Shown: positions 1 through 9,419, counted from the first letter of the stretch. The stretch is 44,382 nt of DNA from Gammaproteobacteria bacterium RIFCSPHIGHO2_02_FULL_42_13 (GCA_001801405.1 MGXQ01000064.1:3066-47447), one strand, 5' to 3'. Program-made: numbers and translations. Notes: a model not told the origin generated them from the letters alone.

Positions 1-7
1 ATACAGG

Positions 8-784
8 CTACGTTTCTATTTCTAATACGGACGTAATTTCGCCGCTCGTGATCGTATGCTCCATGTCCGGCGCAGTTTTGATCAATAACTGTCCATTCTT
101 ATTAATGCCTTTCGCAATTCCCGAAATCAATCTGTTCGGCGAATGCATGGTCACAAATTGTTCTTTTAATATGTCGAATTGATTCCACTCATCTTGAAAA
201 GCGACAGCGCCTTCTTGGTAAAATAAATTTAACGAGTCAAACAACTGATTAATTAATTTGCCGATAATTTGATTGCGATCAAGCGATTGATCAGTAATCT
301 CAAACAAATCAATCCATGGTTGATCGATACTCACCGTCTTCGGCAGCTGCACATTGATCCCGATGCCAATAATCACATCCGTTTTCGTCGTTTCAACTAA
401 AATACCGGCCAGTTTTCGCTGTTGCCACATAATATCGTTCGGCCATTTGATACCGATATGTTCTGTCACATCAAAATATGCAAGCGTTTTGATAATTGCA
501 ATGGCCACCACCAAACTCAAACCCATGATGTTTTGATACGCTTCTTTTAATGGCCAGCGCATCGAAAAATAAATATTATTAGCCGGCGACGCCCACGTTC
601 GATTAAATTGACCGCGCCCGGCGGTTTGTTGTTCGGCAATACAAACCGACGCTTTATCCACATGCGCTTGTTTTAATAAATAAGCGTTTGTCGAATCGAT
701 TGTTTTTAAAATTTTTATCTCTTGAATTTGTGATCGTACATTTTTATCGAGCAGTGCTTCAATCGTCTCTTTTTGCAAGCCCAT
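8..784 (-). CDS. birA: biotin--[acetyl-CoA-carboxylase] ligase, short class-I form without an N-terminal HTH
   Basis: 258-aa ORF with GRGQFNRTWASP and KWPNDI motifs of biotin protein ligases. Its TAG stop lies inside a GTAGCCTGTAT repeat end at the window edge. Confidence 0.85.
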   Translation of the reverse strand: MGLQKETIEALLDKNVRSQIQEIKILKTIDSTNAYLLKQAHVDKASVCIAEQQTAGRGQFNRTWASPANNIYFSMRWPLKEAYQNIMGLSLVVAIAIIKTLAYFDVTEHIGIKWPNDIMWQQRKLAGILVETTKTDVIIGIGINVQLPKTVSIDQPWIDLFEITDQSLDRNQIIGKLINQLFDSLNLFYQEGAVAFQDEWNQFDILKEQFVTMHSPNRLISGIAKGINKNGQLLIKTAPDMEHTITSGEITSVLEIET

Positions 785-1657
785 TTAGTCGTCCTCAAGT
801 TGTAAAATGCGTTTCCATTTATCTGTAAAACAAGACAGGTGCGAATCATGAATATTAATACCAATAATCTGTTTCATATTTACCGTCTGGACAATCACAT
901 CATCGTTGTCAACGTAACTTAAAATTTCACCGCCCTCGGTATTAATAAGCACTTTTTGATTTAAACCAACATGCTGTTCATGATACAAAAAACGCATAAT
1001 GGCTGCTGCTCCGCTGCCACACGATAACGTATGACCACACCCACGCTCAAAAAATAACGCTGAACACACCGGCATATTGCGTTTACGACTTTCATCCGCA
1101 TTGATCCAAACATATTCGATATTAGTCCGGCCGGGAAAAGCCTCGTGTTTTTCAATCAACGACCCATATTGTTTCAACCATGACAACGAAACTTGTTTAA
1201 GAATCACAAAATGCGGATTACCTAAATTAACACAATGCCCTGAAATTTTTTGATCATTAACGGTAATCGATAAAGGTTTTTCGTACCGCGAAAATGACAC
1301 ACGCAATATCATATTTTCTTTGTCAATTTCAAATGGCACATGATACTCGAACATGCTCAGTATAAATTGATGGGGGAAATCATAATGCTCTAACAAATAA
1401 TGAGCCACACTTCGCAATCCATTTAAGCACATGCTGCCCGCAGAACCATCTGCGTTAAACATCAGTATTTTCACTGATTGCGCAATAGATTGTATGATGA
1501 CAACGCCGTCTACATTAAAATCATTACAAATTTGATGAATAATTTTTTTATATTCGGGATGATTCAATGCGGCGTTAATTTTATTGATCTGCTTTTCAGA
1601 CCAATCAAATAAAATAAACGAATTGCCTAATGTGTGATATTGATATAACTTAGACAT
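785..1657 (-). CDS. dapF: diaminopimelate epimerase
   Basis: 290 aa. Has GNSFILFD, NADGSAGSMCLNGLRS and ERGCGHTLSCGSGAAA (the two catalytic Cys regions) and GNPHFV. Abuts birA with no gap. Confidence 0.85.
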   Translation of the reverse strand: MSKLYQYHTLGNSFILFDWSEKQINKINAALNHPEYKKIIHQICNDFNVDGVVIIQSIAQSVKILMFNADGSAGSMCLNGLRSVAHYLLEHYDFPHQFILSMFEYHVPFEIDKENMILRVSFSRYEKPLSITVNDQKISGHCVNLGNPHFVILKQVSLSWLKQYGSLIEKHEAFPGRTNIEYVWINADESRKRNMPVCSALFFERGCGHTLSCGSGAAAIMRFLYHEQHVGLNQKVLINTEGGEILSYVDNDDVIVQTVNMKQIIGINIHDSHLSCFTDKWKRILQLEDD

Positions 1658-2606
1658 TAAACACCTTACTTAAATAAGCACGACCCGAGTCGGCAAAAAT
1701 GGCTACCACTATATCATCAGCGGATAATTTATCCGCATAGCCTAATATGGCATGCACAACCGAACCGCTGGATAATCCCACTAAATAACCCTGCTTTGCT
1801 ATTTTGCGCGTTGTTGCAAAGGCATCCTCATCTTTCATTAATACAATATCATCAATGACAGACATATCTAGTGTATCACTGATCACATCGACGCCGATGC
1901 CTTCTGTTTTATACGCTTTTGGATTGTCGGGACAAGAACGCTTTGAGGTCGCTGCATCCACCCCGATAATTTTAATGGCAGGATTTTGTTCTTTCAAGTA
2001 ACGTCCAATACCCGAGATTGTGCCGCAACTGCCCATGCCTAAAAAAACATGCGTAAGCTTGCCTTGTGTTTGCTCCCAAATTTCTGGACCGGTGGTCGTA
2101 TAATGCGCCTTCACATTCTGTACATTGTAATATTGGTTAGGCATAAAAGCACCTGGCGTTTTTTTACAAATTTCTTTCGCTTTTGCATGATACCCATCCG
2201 GATCCTCTAAATCATCCGTATCAGGGCACACATAAACTTTGGCGCCATAGGCTTGCAAGGTGGCAATTTTTTCAAAACTGGTGCGATCGGGCACCGTAAT
2301 AATAACTTGATAGCCTTTGATCGCACCAATCATCGCCAATGCAATACCTTGATTGCCCGATGAGGCCTCAACAATAGTGCCACCGGGTTTTAAGCGACCA
2401 TCGTGCTCTGCTTGTTCGACCATGAAAAGAGCCGGACGATCTTTGATACTGCCACCTGGATTGAGATATTCCAGCTTCGCCAAAATGGTCGGCTTGATAT
2501 CAAATTCCAATCGCGCCAAAGGCGTATTGCCGATGCGCTTTAATAATGTTGGGTAATAAGGGGTTGTGATTGTCATAGATAATCCATCTGGTTTATTTTT
2601 ACTCAA
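1650..2606 (-). CDS. PLP-dependent cysteine synthase / cystathionine beta-synthase family enzyme (catalytic core only)
   Basis: 318 aa. Has GNTPL, the PLP-lysine motif GGSIKDR, SSGNQGIALA, PNQYYNVQNVKAHYTTTGPEI and GMGSCGTISG. Overlaps the dapF start by 8 nt. Confidence 0.8.
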   Translation of the reverse strand: MSKNKPDGLSMTITTPYYPTLLKRIGNTPLARLEFDIKPTILAKLEYLNPGGSIKDRPALFMVEQAEHDGRLKPGGTIVEASSGNQGIALAMIGAIKGYQVIITVPDRTSFEKIATLQAYGAKVYVCPDTDDLEDPDGYHAKAKEICKKTPGAFMPNQYYNVQNVKAHYTTTGPEIWEQTQGKLTHVFLGMGSCGTISGIGRYLKEQNPAIKIIGVDAATSKRSCPDNPKAYKTEGIGVDVISDTLDMSVIDDIVLMKDEDAFATTRKIAKQGYLVGLSSGSVVHAILGYADKLSADDIVVAIFADSGRAYLSKVFNV

Positions 2607-2705
2607 TTCGCGCTAACTAACTAATTAGGGTATTCTAGCAAGAAATCATTTGAAATTCTTATGTTGGCACTGCAAAATGTAATAAAGTTAACTAATGGCA
2701 ATAGC

Positions 2706-4298
2706 ATGAAGAGATTATTTTTATTCTTGGCGATCGGACTCATGACGGCGCAATGTGCGAATGCCGCCAATTTGATGGACATATATCAAAAAGCATTAAC
2801 CAGCGACCCGACGTTTCAAGAAGCGCTGGCCAAAAAAATGTCTGATGCCGAGGCAACGCCTGCGGATCTTGCCGTACTTTTGCCAACGGTTAAATATACG
2901 GGCTCAGCCGCCTTACAAAAAACAATCACCCATTCAACCATCACAAGTAATTCAACTGCGCGCACGCGAACATTGGGCTGGACATTGAGTTTAACGCAAA
3001 GCGTTTTTAATTTTACCAATTGGAAAAATCTCGCCGCAGCACGAGATTCCGTAAAAGCCGCCGATGCCACGTATAACGCCGCCGCACAAAATTTAATGAC
3101 ACGCGTTGTCAATGCTTATTTTGCCGTATTAAATGCACAAGATGTGCTAACTTACACAGCGGCAGAAAAGCGCGCCTTTTATCGCGAGTATCAACAAGCC
3201 CAACAAGGTTACAAAGTGGGCGTTAATACCATAACGGATGTTTACAATGCAAAAGCCTCTTACGATGGCGCCGCCTCGGATTATGTGTCGGCACAAAATA
3301 ATTTGTCCAGTTCGCGAGAAGATTTACGTGCGATTACCGGCGTATTGTATGATCATACGGCTCCTCTTGCGCAATCACTTCCGTTGGTCGGCCCCGAGCC
3401 ACATGACATAGATGCCTGGGTAGATATCTCCAACAAACAAAACTGGAATATCGTTGCTGCTCGATATAAAGCATTATCCGCACATAATGATGCGTGGGCC
3501 GCGCGCGGCGGACATTTGCCGACGGTTTCTGCCACCGCGCAATATGATCACAGCTATGCGCGCAACTTTGATACGGGACGCGCACAAACCAAAGGCCCTT
3601 CGGCAGAGTTAGATTTAACGGTACCGTTGTTTAGCGGCGGCAGTGTAACGTCTGCAACGCGAAAAGCGATAGCCGATTATGAATACTTGCTTCAAAAACA
3701 AGAAGAAACTTATCGCACCGTCAATACGCAAACACGACAAGATTATTTATCGGTTATGTCTGATATCAGCAAAGTAAAAGCGGATAACCAAACGATAATA
3801 TCCAACCAAAGCTCATTGGAATCAATGAAGCAAGGTTACAAAGCAGGCACACGCACCATCGTCGATGTTTTAAATGCAGAAGAAACACTTTATAATGCTA
3901 AAAAAACTTGGTCAGCCGATCGTTATGATTATATTAAAAAAACGATTTCACTCAAAGAAGCGGCCGGCACGTTAAATGCGAATGATTTACAAATTATTAA
4001 TACCTGGCTATCTTCCGAAGCAACCGCGCCGACGCAAACCAAAACGCCTGCGGCTGCTATCGGAAAACAAACTTATTTACAAATCGGCGCCTATTATAAC
4101 GAGCGCATCGCGCAGGATATTTTGGCTAAAATAAAAAAACAAACCACGGCACCAGCAGAAATTGATACGCAGACAACGACAACGCGAAAAATTTATCGCG
4201 TACAAGCAGGGCCGCTGACAACAAACGGCATGATACAAAAAACAAAAATACAATTAAAACAAGCGGGTTTTTCTGATATATTAATTGTTGAAAAATAG
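2706..4298 (+). CDS. tolC: TolC-family outer membrane efflux channel with a C-terminal SPOR-like domain
   Basis: Start moved to MKRLFLFLAIGLMTAQCANA (signal peptide). The TolC-like N-terminus is LMDIYQKALTSDPTFQEA, followed by a duplicated alpha/beta-barrel repeat body. The last ~75 aa (YLQIGAYYNERIAQDILAKI...IYRVQAGPL...LKQAGFSDILIV) match the SPOR pattern. Confidence 0.8.
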   Translation: MKRLFLFLAIGLMTAQCANAANLMDIYQKALTSDPTFQEALAKKMSDAEATPADLAVLLPTVKYTGSAALQKTITHSTITSNSTARTRTLGWTLSLTQSVFNFTNWKNLAAARDSVKAADATYNAAAQNLMTRVVNAYFAVLNAQDVLTYTAAEKRAFYREYQQAQQGYKVGVNTITDVYNAKASYDGAASDYVSAQNNLSSSREDLRAITGVLYDHTAPLAQSLPLVGPEPHDIDAWVDISNKQNWNIVAARYKALSAHNDAWAARGGHLPTVSATAQYDHSYARNFDTGRAQTKGPSAELDLTVPLFSGGSVTSATRKAIADYEYLLQKQEETYRTVNTQTRQDYLSVMSDISKVKADNQTIISNQSSLESMKQGYKAGTRTIVDVLNAEETLYNAKKTWSADRYDYIKKTISLKEAAGTLNANDLQIINTWLSSEATAPTQTKTPAAAIGKQTYLQIGAYYNERIAQDILAKIKKQTTAPAEIDTQTTTTRKIYRVQAGPLTTNGMIQKTKIQLKQAGFSDILIVEK

Positions 4299-4317
4299 CT
4301 ATTTCAGAGAGTATATT

Positions 4318-4875
4318 ATGGACGTTGCAATTTCGATAGAAGACAATGTTGACGTAGAGCGTGTTGAATCATCTGCTGTCCCGGAAAATATTTTTTGGGA
4401 TTTTTCAACCGCATTATATATTCGTAAAGATGTAAAAGATGCCTGTGAATGTTTGCGGCGCAAGTATCAACTCAATATTAACATTGTCATGTTCTGCTGC
4501 TGGGCTGCTCAAAAACAATATGATATTTTTTCTGTTGATGATATGTCTTTTATTGCAAATCATATTAACACTTGGAATCACGGTATTGTCGAAGGATTGA
4601 AAAATGTCTACGCAAAATTAGCGAGTCATTCGATTGGCGATGAAACAGCTAATTTAGCAAATGGCACATTAAATGATATCCTGTTAGCCGAAAAAATTGA
4701 ACAATGGTTGATTCTGCAGGCAGTGGATCAACTGGGCGCACGACAATCTATCACTCAAGATCCAACAGAAATCGCTTTAAAAAATATTTTTAATTACATC
4801 AACAGCCAACAAGTCGCGTTACATAAAACGGATTTAGAAAAAGTGTATCGAATTGTGAAGGAATGTTTTGCGTAA
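4318..4875 (+). CDS. conserved hypothetical protein, TIGR02444/DUF2390-like
   Basis: Start set at MDVAISIE, with GAGAG 8 nt upstream. FWDFSTALYIRKDVKDACECLRRKYQLNINIVMFCCWAA resembles the DUF2390 signature as I recall it. Confidence 0.5.
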   Translation: MDVAISIEDNVDVERVESSAVPENIFWDFSTALYIRKDVKDACECLRRKYQLNINIVMFCCWAAQKQYDIFSVDDMSFIANHINTWNHGIVEGLKNVYAKLASHSIGDETANLANGTLNDILLAEKIEQWLILQAVDQLGARQSITQDPTEIALKNIFNYINSQQVALHKTDLEKVYRIVKECFA

Positions 4876-4879
4876 TATC

Positions 4880-5037
4880 GTCATGCCGGAATCCAATTAT
4901 CCGTCATCCCGGAAAATGCGAAGCATTTATCCGGGATCCAGCGAATACTTTAGTTCTGCACGTCGATTCCCCTGGATTCCGGATATTCCGCCGTTGGCGG
5001 AATTCCGGAATGACGGGGAGAGGAGAGCCGGCATGAC
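4880..5037. repeat. composite nested palindromic element of the GTCAT(G/C/T)CCGGAAT family, in a convergent intergenic gap
   Basis: GTCATGCCGG (4880) pairs with CCGGCATGAC (5028). CCGTCATCCCGGAA (4901) pairs with TTCCGGAATGACGG (about 5013). An inner hairpin has a GCGAAGC apex at 4918-4924. Confidence 0.65.
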
Positions 5038-5052
5038 GAAACAGCACAATAA

Positions 5053-5895
5053 CTACTTACTTCTCTCGTACTGATCCAACTGCAGAATCGTTTCCACGCT
5101 CAAATCAATCAAATCTTTCGTGATTTTTGGTATTTGCTTTTCATCAACCCAATCGGGCCCGTTGCTCACAATCGCACAAACCGCCCCTGCAAAAATTCGA
5201 AAGGCATAACCTTCGCCATACTTTTGCAGTTTTTGATTGTAACAAGCGCAAATGACAAACAGTACAGATGCTTCCATTTCAGAGGCAATGATGCCGGCAT
5301 CCTGTAAAATTTCGTGATAGCGAGCATTTTCCTTTTCGGACGGTCCGGATTTAAATTCACGCGCATACAATGAATCCTTTGTATGAAGTGTGCCAATATG
5401 CGTTTTTGATTTCATATTTAATTTTCGGCTGGCAAGATACGCACAGCGCAACATTTCAAACGACGCAATGGCCGGAAATTCTGGCGGCAAATAAGCCAGC
5501 GATGCGCCTTCATCACGCACGGCACCATTGGCAATGACTAAATCACCGAGTTTCGTTTTTTGGTATTGCAATGAACCTGATGTACCAACACGTAAAAAGC
5601 GCTTAGCGCCTAAGCGAATCAACTCATTTAAAATAATATCAACACTCGGCGTACCCATGCCTGACGAAACTGACGCGACCTCAATAATGTTATCATCGTA
5701 ACCTTTAATGGTGCCAAAATAAATGTCATGTCCACGCGAATGTTTTTGAACGGTCACATTATCGAAACGTTCTGCGATTTCCTTAGCGCGACCGAAAGAA
5801 CCGGGGAAAAAGATATAGCGACCCGAATCATTATTTCCATCAAAATCACCGAATTTTGCGTTGATATGAATCGGCTGAAAATCTTCATCGTACAT
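5053..5895 (-). CDS. nucleoside phosphorylase, uridine-phosphorylase-like (PNP/UDP family 1)
   Basis: Start set at MYDEDFQ (ATG 5895), because the longer ORF runs through the tRNA gene. SSGMGTPSVDIILNELIRLGAKRFLRVGTSGSLQ and VRDEGASLAYLPPEFPA align with Udp-type enzymes. Confidence 0.7.
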   Translation of the reverse strand: MYDEDFQPIHINAKFGDFDGNNDSGRYIFFPGSFGRAKEIAERFDNVTVQKHSRGHDIYFGTIKGYDDNIIEVASVSSGMGTPSVDIILNELIRLGAKRFLRVGTSGSLQYQKTKLGDLVIANGAVRDEGASLAYLPPEFPAIASFEMLRCAYLASRKLNMKSKTHIGTLHTKDSLYAREFKSGPSEKENARYHEILQDAGIIASEMEASVLFVICACYNQKLQKYGEGYAFRIFAGAVCAIVSNGPDWVDEKQIPKITKDLIDLSVETILQLDQYERSK

Positions 5896-5990
5896 AACAC
5901 ACACTCCACGGCGGATTAAAGTTGAGCCATTATACGATATATGTGGGTATACACAAGAGTTTTGATTGTTTTTCGACCTCGCCGAAAGCG

Positions 5991-6065
5991 TGGTGGGTGA
6001 TAGTGGGATCGAACCACTGACCCCTGCCGTGTGAAGGCAGTGCTCTACCGCTGAGCCAATCACCC
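5991..6065 (-). tRNA. tRNA-Val (anticodon CAC), CCA encoded
   Basis: The reverse complement is GGGTGATTGGCTCAGCGGTAGAGCACTGCCTTCACACGGCAGGGGTCAGTGGTTCGATCCCACTATCACCCACCA. It forms a cloverleaf with anticodon stem CTGCC/GGCAG, loop TTCACAC and a GGTTCGATCC T-arm. Confidence 0.9.
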
Positions 6066-6071
6066 AATGTT

Positions 6072-6088
6072 GTAACTATTCAGCAAAC
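6072..6088. mobile_element. orphan terminal inverted repeat of the 173-bp MITE (GTAACTATTCAGCAAAC)
   Basis: The first 14 nt are identical to the MITE end GTAACTATTCAGCA at 34218. It lies 6 nt from the tRNA-Val 5' end, and the rest of the element is absent. Confidence 0.5.
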
Positions 6089-6167
6089 GTAGCCTGTATG
6101 GAGCGAAGCGGAACACAGGAACAAATCCCCCGGATTACATGTACTTCGCACATTTCATCCGGGCTAC
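6089..6167. repeat. pair of inverted GTAGCC...GCGAAG... REP-like units
   Basis: GTAGCCTGTATGGAGCGAAGCGGAACACAGG (6089-6119) faces the reverse-oriented unit GTAGCCCGGATGAAATGTGCGAAGTACATGTAATCCGGGG (6127-6167). The GTAGCCTGTAT end recurs at window positions 1-11. Confidence 0.6.
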
Positions 6168-6202
6168 ACTTGCTTCGTTTCGCTTACCTGTGAGCTCAGT
6201 TA

Positions 6203-7576
6203 TTAGAATGGCAATTCTAAACCATCATCTAATTTAATCAACTCTTGACGGAATAAATCTTGAATACGCTTCAATTCGATCTCGTCTTTCGCTTCAAATC
6301 GCAAAATTAAATATGGCGTCGTATTCGACGAACGAATTAATCCCCAGCCATCGGGATAATCAACACGCAAACCATCCAGCGTCGTGAGCGTGCCTCCTGC
6401 AAATTTCGCGTCTTTCATAAATCGATCCATAAATGCAAATTTCTTATCATCGTCAATCGGTAACTTCAACTCTGGTGTATTAATGCTTGTTGGAATCGCA
6501 TCAAAAATTTCTGCGAGAGTTTCCGTCCGCTTAGCTAAAATTTCTAATAACCGAACGCCCGCATAAATTCCATCATCAAATCCATACCAACGCTCTTTAA
6601 AAAACACATGGCCGCTCATTTCGCCGCCGAGCAACGCGCCAGTTTCTTGCATTTTGGCCTTAATAAAAGAATGTCCCGTGCGAGACATGACGGGTTTGCC
6701 ACCATGACGCAAAATTTCTTCGCGCAAATGACGCGTACATTTTACATCATACACAACCGTCGCTCCGGGATTGCGCGACAACATATCCTCGGCAAATAAA
6801 ATCAAATAACGATCCGGCCAAATGATATCGCCCTTGTTCGTCACCACACCCAACCGATCAACATCACCATCAAACGCCAAACCTATATCTGCACCAACTT
6901 TTTTAACTTTATTTATTAAATCCTGCATATTAGCTTCAATGCTGGGGTCAGCCGGATGATTGGGAAAATGTCCATCGACCTCGCTAAATAATTCCGTCAC
7001 ATCACAACCCAGCGCTTTAAACAATTGTGGCGCAACCGCTCCGCCAATACCATTGCCGCAGTCAATGACGATTCTTAATTTTTTCTTAAGCTTAATATGA
7101 TTTACAATGTTTTTAATATACTGATCAATAATCTCTGAGTGACTTTCTTCTCCGACACCAATATCTAATTCATTATTCACAATCCGATCATAAAGTGCTT
7201 TAATTTCATCTTCTACTAGCGTCACTCCCTTTAAAACTACTTTAATCCCGTTGTATTCTGGCGGATTATGACTGCCGGTCACCATAACGCCTGAATGTGT
7301 TTTCAACATATACGTAGCAAAATATAACACGGGGCTAGGCATTGCGCCGAGATTAATAACATGACAACCACTTTTAATAATACCTTTGGATAACGCGGCT
7401 AAAAAAAGCGGCCCTGATATACGACCATCGCGTGCAATTAACAAGGTGCTTTCGCCACGCGCACGCGCTTCGGTACCAATGGCTTGACCAATTTTCTCCA
7501 CCACCTCGGGCGTTAATGTTTTATCAACAATGCCGCGAATATCATAAGCACGAAAAATTGTAGGGTCTATATTCAT
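6203..7576 (-). CDS. algC: phosphomannomutase/phosphoglucomutase
   Basis: 457 aa. Has the active-site loop TGSHNPPEYNG, metal loop FDGDVDR and sugar loop GEMSGH. The dut-algC adjacency matches Pseudomonas-type synteny. Confidence 0.85.
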   Translation of the reverse strand: MNIDPTIFRAYDIRGIVDKTLTPEVVEKIGQAIGTEARARGESTLLIARDGRISGPLFLAALSKGIIKSGCHVINLGAMPSPVLYFATYMLKTHSGVMVTGSHNPPEYNGIKVVLKGVTLVEDEIKALYDRIVNNELDIGVGEESHSEIIDQYIKNIVNHIKLKKKLRIVIDCGNGIGGAVAPQLFKALGCDVTELFSEVDGHFPNHPADPSIEANMQDLINKVKKVGADIGLAFDGDVDRLGVVTNKGDIIWPDRYLILFAEDMLSRNPGATVVYDVKCTRHLREEILRHGGKPVMSRTGHSFIKAKMQETGALLGGEMSGHVFFKERWYGFDDGIYAGVRLLEILAKRTETLAEIFDAIPTSINTPELKLPIDDDKKFAFMDRFMKDAKFAGGTLTTLDGLRVDYPDGWGLIRSSNTTPYLILRFEAKDEIELKRIQDLFRQELIKLDDGLELPF

Positions 7577-7609
7577 TGCTTTATCTCCATTAATACTGCT
7601 TTGTCATTG

Positions 7610-8065
7610 TTACTCTCTCCCCGAACTACCAAAACCGCCCGTGCTGCGCACCGTCTCTTCGAATGTCGTCACCAACTCAAATCCGGCCTGAACCACCGGC
7701 ACAAAAACCATTTGTGCAATCCGCTCGCCCGGCTGAATTGTAAACGGTTCTTTGCCCCGATTCCAACAAGAAATTAATATTTCCCCCTGATAATCAGAAT
7801 CAATTAACCCCACCAAATTGCCCAAAACAATACCATGCTTATGACCCAACCCCGAACGCGGCAAAATTGTCGCAGCCAATCCCGACTCGCCGATATGAAT
7901 CGCAAACCCCGTGGGAATTAATGTCGTCTCGCCAGGCTGCAATATAATCGGCTCATCCAAACACGCGCGCAAATCCAATCCGGCAGAACCCTTCGTCGCA
8001 TAATGCGGCAATGAAATTTCCCGACCCATTTTTTTATTTAAAATCTTTAATTGAATGTTTTTCAT
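7610..8065 (-). CDS. dut: dUTP diphosphatase
   Basis: 151 aa with [22 protein letters not shown] and C-terminal GGFGSSG motifs. Confidence 0.92.
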   Translation of the reverse strand: MKNIQLKILNKKMGREISLPHYATKGSAGLDLRACLDEPIILQPGETTLIPTGFAIHIGESGLAATILPRSGLGHKHGIVLGNLVGLIDSDYQGEILISCWNRGKEPFTIQPGERIAQMVFVPVVQAGFELVTTFEETVRSTGGFGSSGRE

Positions 8066-8177
8066 TTCTTTCCTTGCATCATCACATAAATATAGATATT
8101 GTTATTTCTCATCTATCCGCCATTCTTTTTATTCCCACTAAAACGATCTACATTGCATTCTATCCACGAGGCAACCA

Positions 8178-8852
8178 ATGTCAATCAAAACCTGGCCAGA
8201 AAACGAGCGTCCGCGCGAAAAACTCTTAATGCGCGGTGAAAACGCGCTATCTGACGCTGAATTATTAGCCATTATTTTACAGACCGGCACGAAAGAAAAA
8301 AACGCACTCGATTTATCACGAGAATTACTGCAATATTTTGGGAGTTTACAGGAGTTATTAAATTGCGATTTAGAAACATTCTGCCAATTCAAAGGTCTGA
8401 ACAAAGCAAAATTTGCATTATTAAAAACAATTTTAGAAATCAACCGACGTTATTTTTTTGAAAAAGCAAAAAAGACGATTGCTTTAAAAAATTCAAATGA
8501 CACGCGAAATTATTTGCTTTCCAAATTAAGTTATCGCGAACAAGAAGTCTTTGCCTGTCTATTTTTAAATAACAAAAATCAAATTATAAAATATAAAGAA
8601 TTATTTTACGGCAGCATCGATCGCGCTGAAATTTATCCGCGCGAAATCATGAAAGCCGCGTTAAAATACAATGCCACATCAATTATTATTGCGCATAACC
8701 ATACATCCGGCGATCCAACACCGAGCAATGCAGATATTCAATTAACTAAACAGTTAAAGCATACATTAGGCTTAATCGATATTACTTTGCTCGATCACAT
8801 AGTGATAGGCAAAGACGCGACAAGATCGTTGGTGACCAATCATCTGTTTTAA
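8178..8852 (+). CDS. radC: RadC-family JAB/MPN-domain protein
   Basis: 224 aa. The N-terminal part is HhH-like (LSDAELLAIILQTG). The C-terminal part has HNHTSGDPTPSNADIQLT. Confidence 0.85.
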   Translation: MSIKTWPENERPREKLLMRGENALSDAELLAIILQTGTKEKNALDLSRELLQYFGSLQELLNCDLETFCQFKGLNKAKFALLKTILEINRRYFFEKAKKTIALKNSNDTRNYLLSKLSYREQEVFACLFLNNKNQIIKYKELFYGSIDRAEIYPREIMKAALKYNATSIIIAHNHTSGDPTPSNADIQLTKQLKHTLGLIDITLLDHIVIGKDATRSLVTNHLF

Positions 8853-8862
8853 AACGAGAAAA

Positions 8863-9033
8863 TCAACAGCTCAGAGCTGCGGCAAGTAGGTGTCTGGAAA
8901 GACTTGCTATGACTGCTTTCCCGCAGCTCAGAGCTGCGGGGATTAAAATGTTGTATGATATTGCTTACTTCGCAGCTCTGAGCTGCTAAAAACCAGTCAC
9001 AGCCTGCCTCTCATCTGCTCAGAGCTGCAGAGG
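8863..9033. repeat. composite array of 4 CAGCTC[A/T]GAGCTG palindromes with conserved inter-core modules
   Basis: Cores lie at 8867-8879, 8923-8937, 8972-8986 and 9015-9030. The reverse complement matches 15031-15195 with about five mismatches by eye. Confidence 0.85.
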
Positions 9034-9106
9034 TTAATAACGCAAATTCCGGATAAGCTTTGTCAAGACTGAAATTTTTAATATAGTGTGCTTAACCCAT
9101 AAACCC

Positions 9107-9135
9107 TTGCCCTTTTGACCAATATTTGCTATAAA
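9107..9135 (+). promoter_or_regulatory. putative sigma70 promoter of rpmB-rpmG
   Basis: TTGCCC, a 17-nt spacer, then TATAAA about 33 nt upstream of the rpmB ATG. An alternative is TTGTCA (9060), 16 nt, TATAGT (9082). Confidence 0.35.
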
Positions 9136-9168
9136 TCTCGCCTCAACTGAACTTAATGGAGCTGAATT

Positions 9169-9408
9169 ATGTCTCGAACATGCGATGTCACCGGGAAAAG
9201 CCCGATGAGCGGACACAACGTGTCACATTCAAACCGCAAAACCAACCGGCGCTTTTTGCCGAATTTGCACGTACGTCGATTTTGGCTAGAAGCTGAAAAA
9301 CGCTTTATTAAGCTACGCGTCAGTCAAAAAGGATTGCGTACGATCGATAAACTAGGGCTAGAAAAAGTTCTCGAAAATATTCGAAAACGAAAATCAGCTA
9401 ATCAATAA
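9169..9408 (+). CDS. rpmB: 50S ribosomal protein L28
   Basis: [10 protein letters not shown]...[35 protein letters not shown] is collinear with E. coli L28. Confidence 0.93.
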   Translation: MSRTCDVTGKSPMSGHNVSHSNRKTNRRFLPNLHVRRFWLEAEKRFIKLRVSQKGLRTIDKLGLEKVLENIRKRKSANQ

Positions 9409-9419
9409 AGGATTCCACT

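Noticed and set aside
4868-5074. A 68-aa ORF, together with similar ORFs 12495..12704 and 12584..12775.
   Set aside because: They are composed entirely of GTCATxCCGGAAT palindromic repeat sequence between convergent genes. These are translation artefacts of the repeats.
5896-6063. The N-terminal 56 codons of the 336-aa ORF 5053..6063.
   Set aside because: The extension reads straight through the tRNA-Val gene (5991-6065) on the same strand. Homology to nucleoside phosphorylases begins at MYDEDFQ (ATG 5895).
5991-6202. A possible genomic island or integrase target at tRNA-Val.
   Set aside because: No integrase gene, no duplicated tRNA 3' segment and no phage genes are present nearby. Only repeat debris (an orphan MITE end plus REP units) lies between the tRNA and algC.
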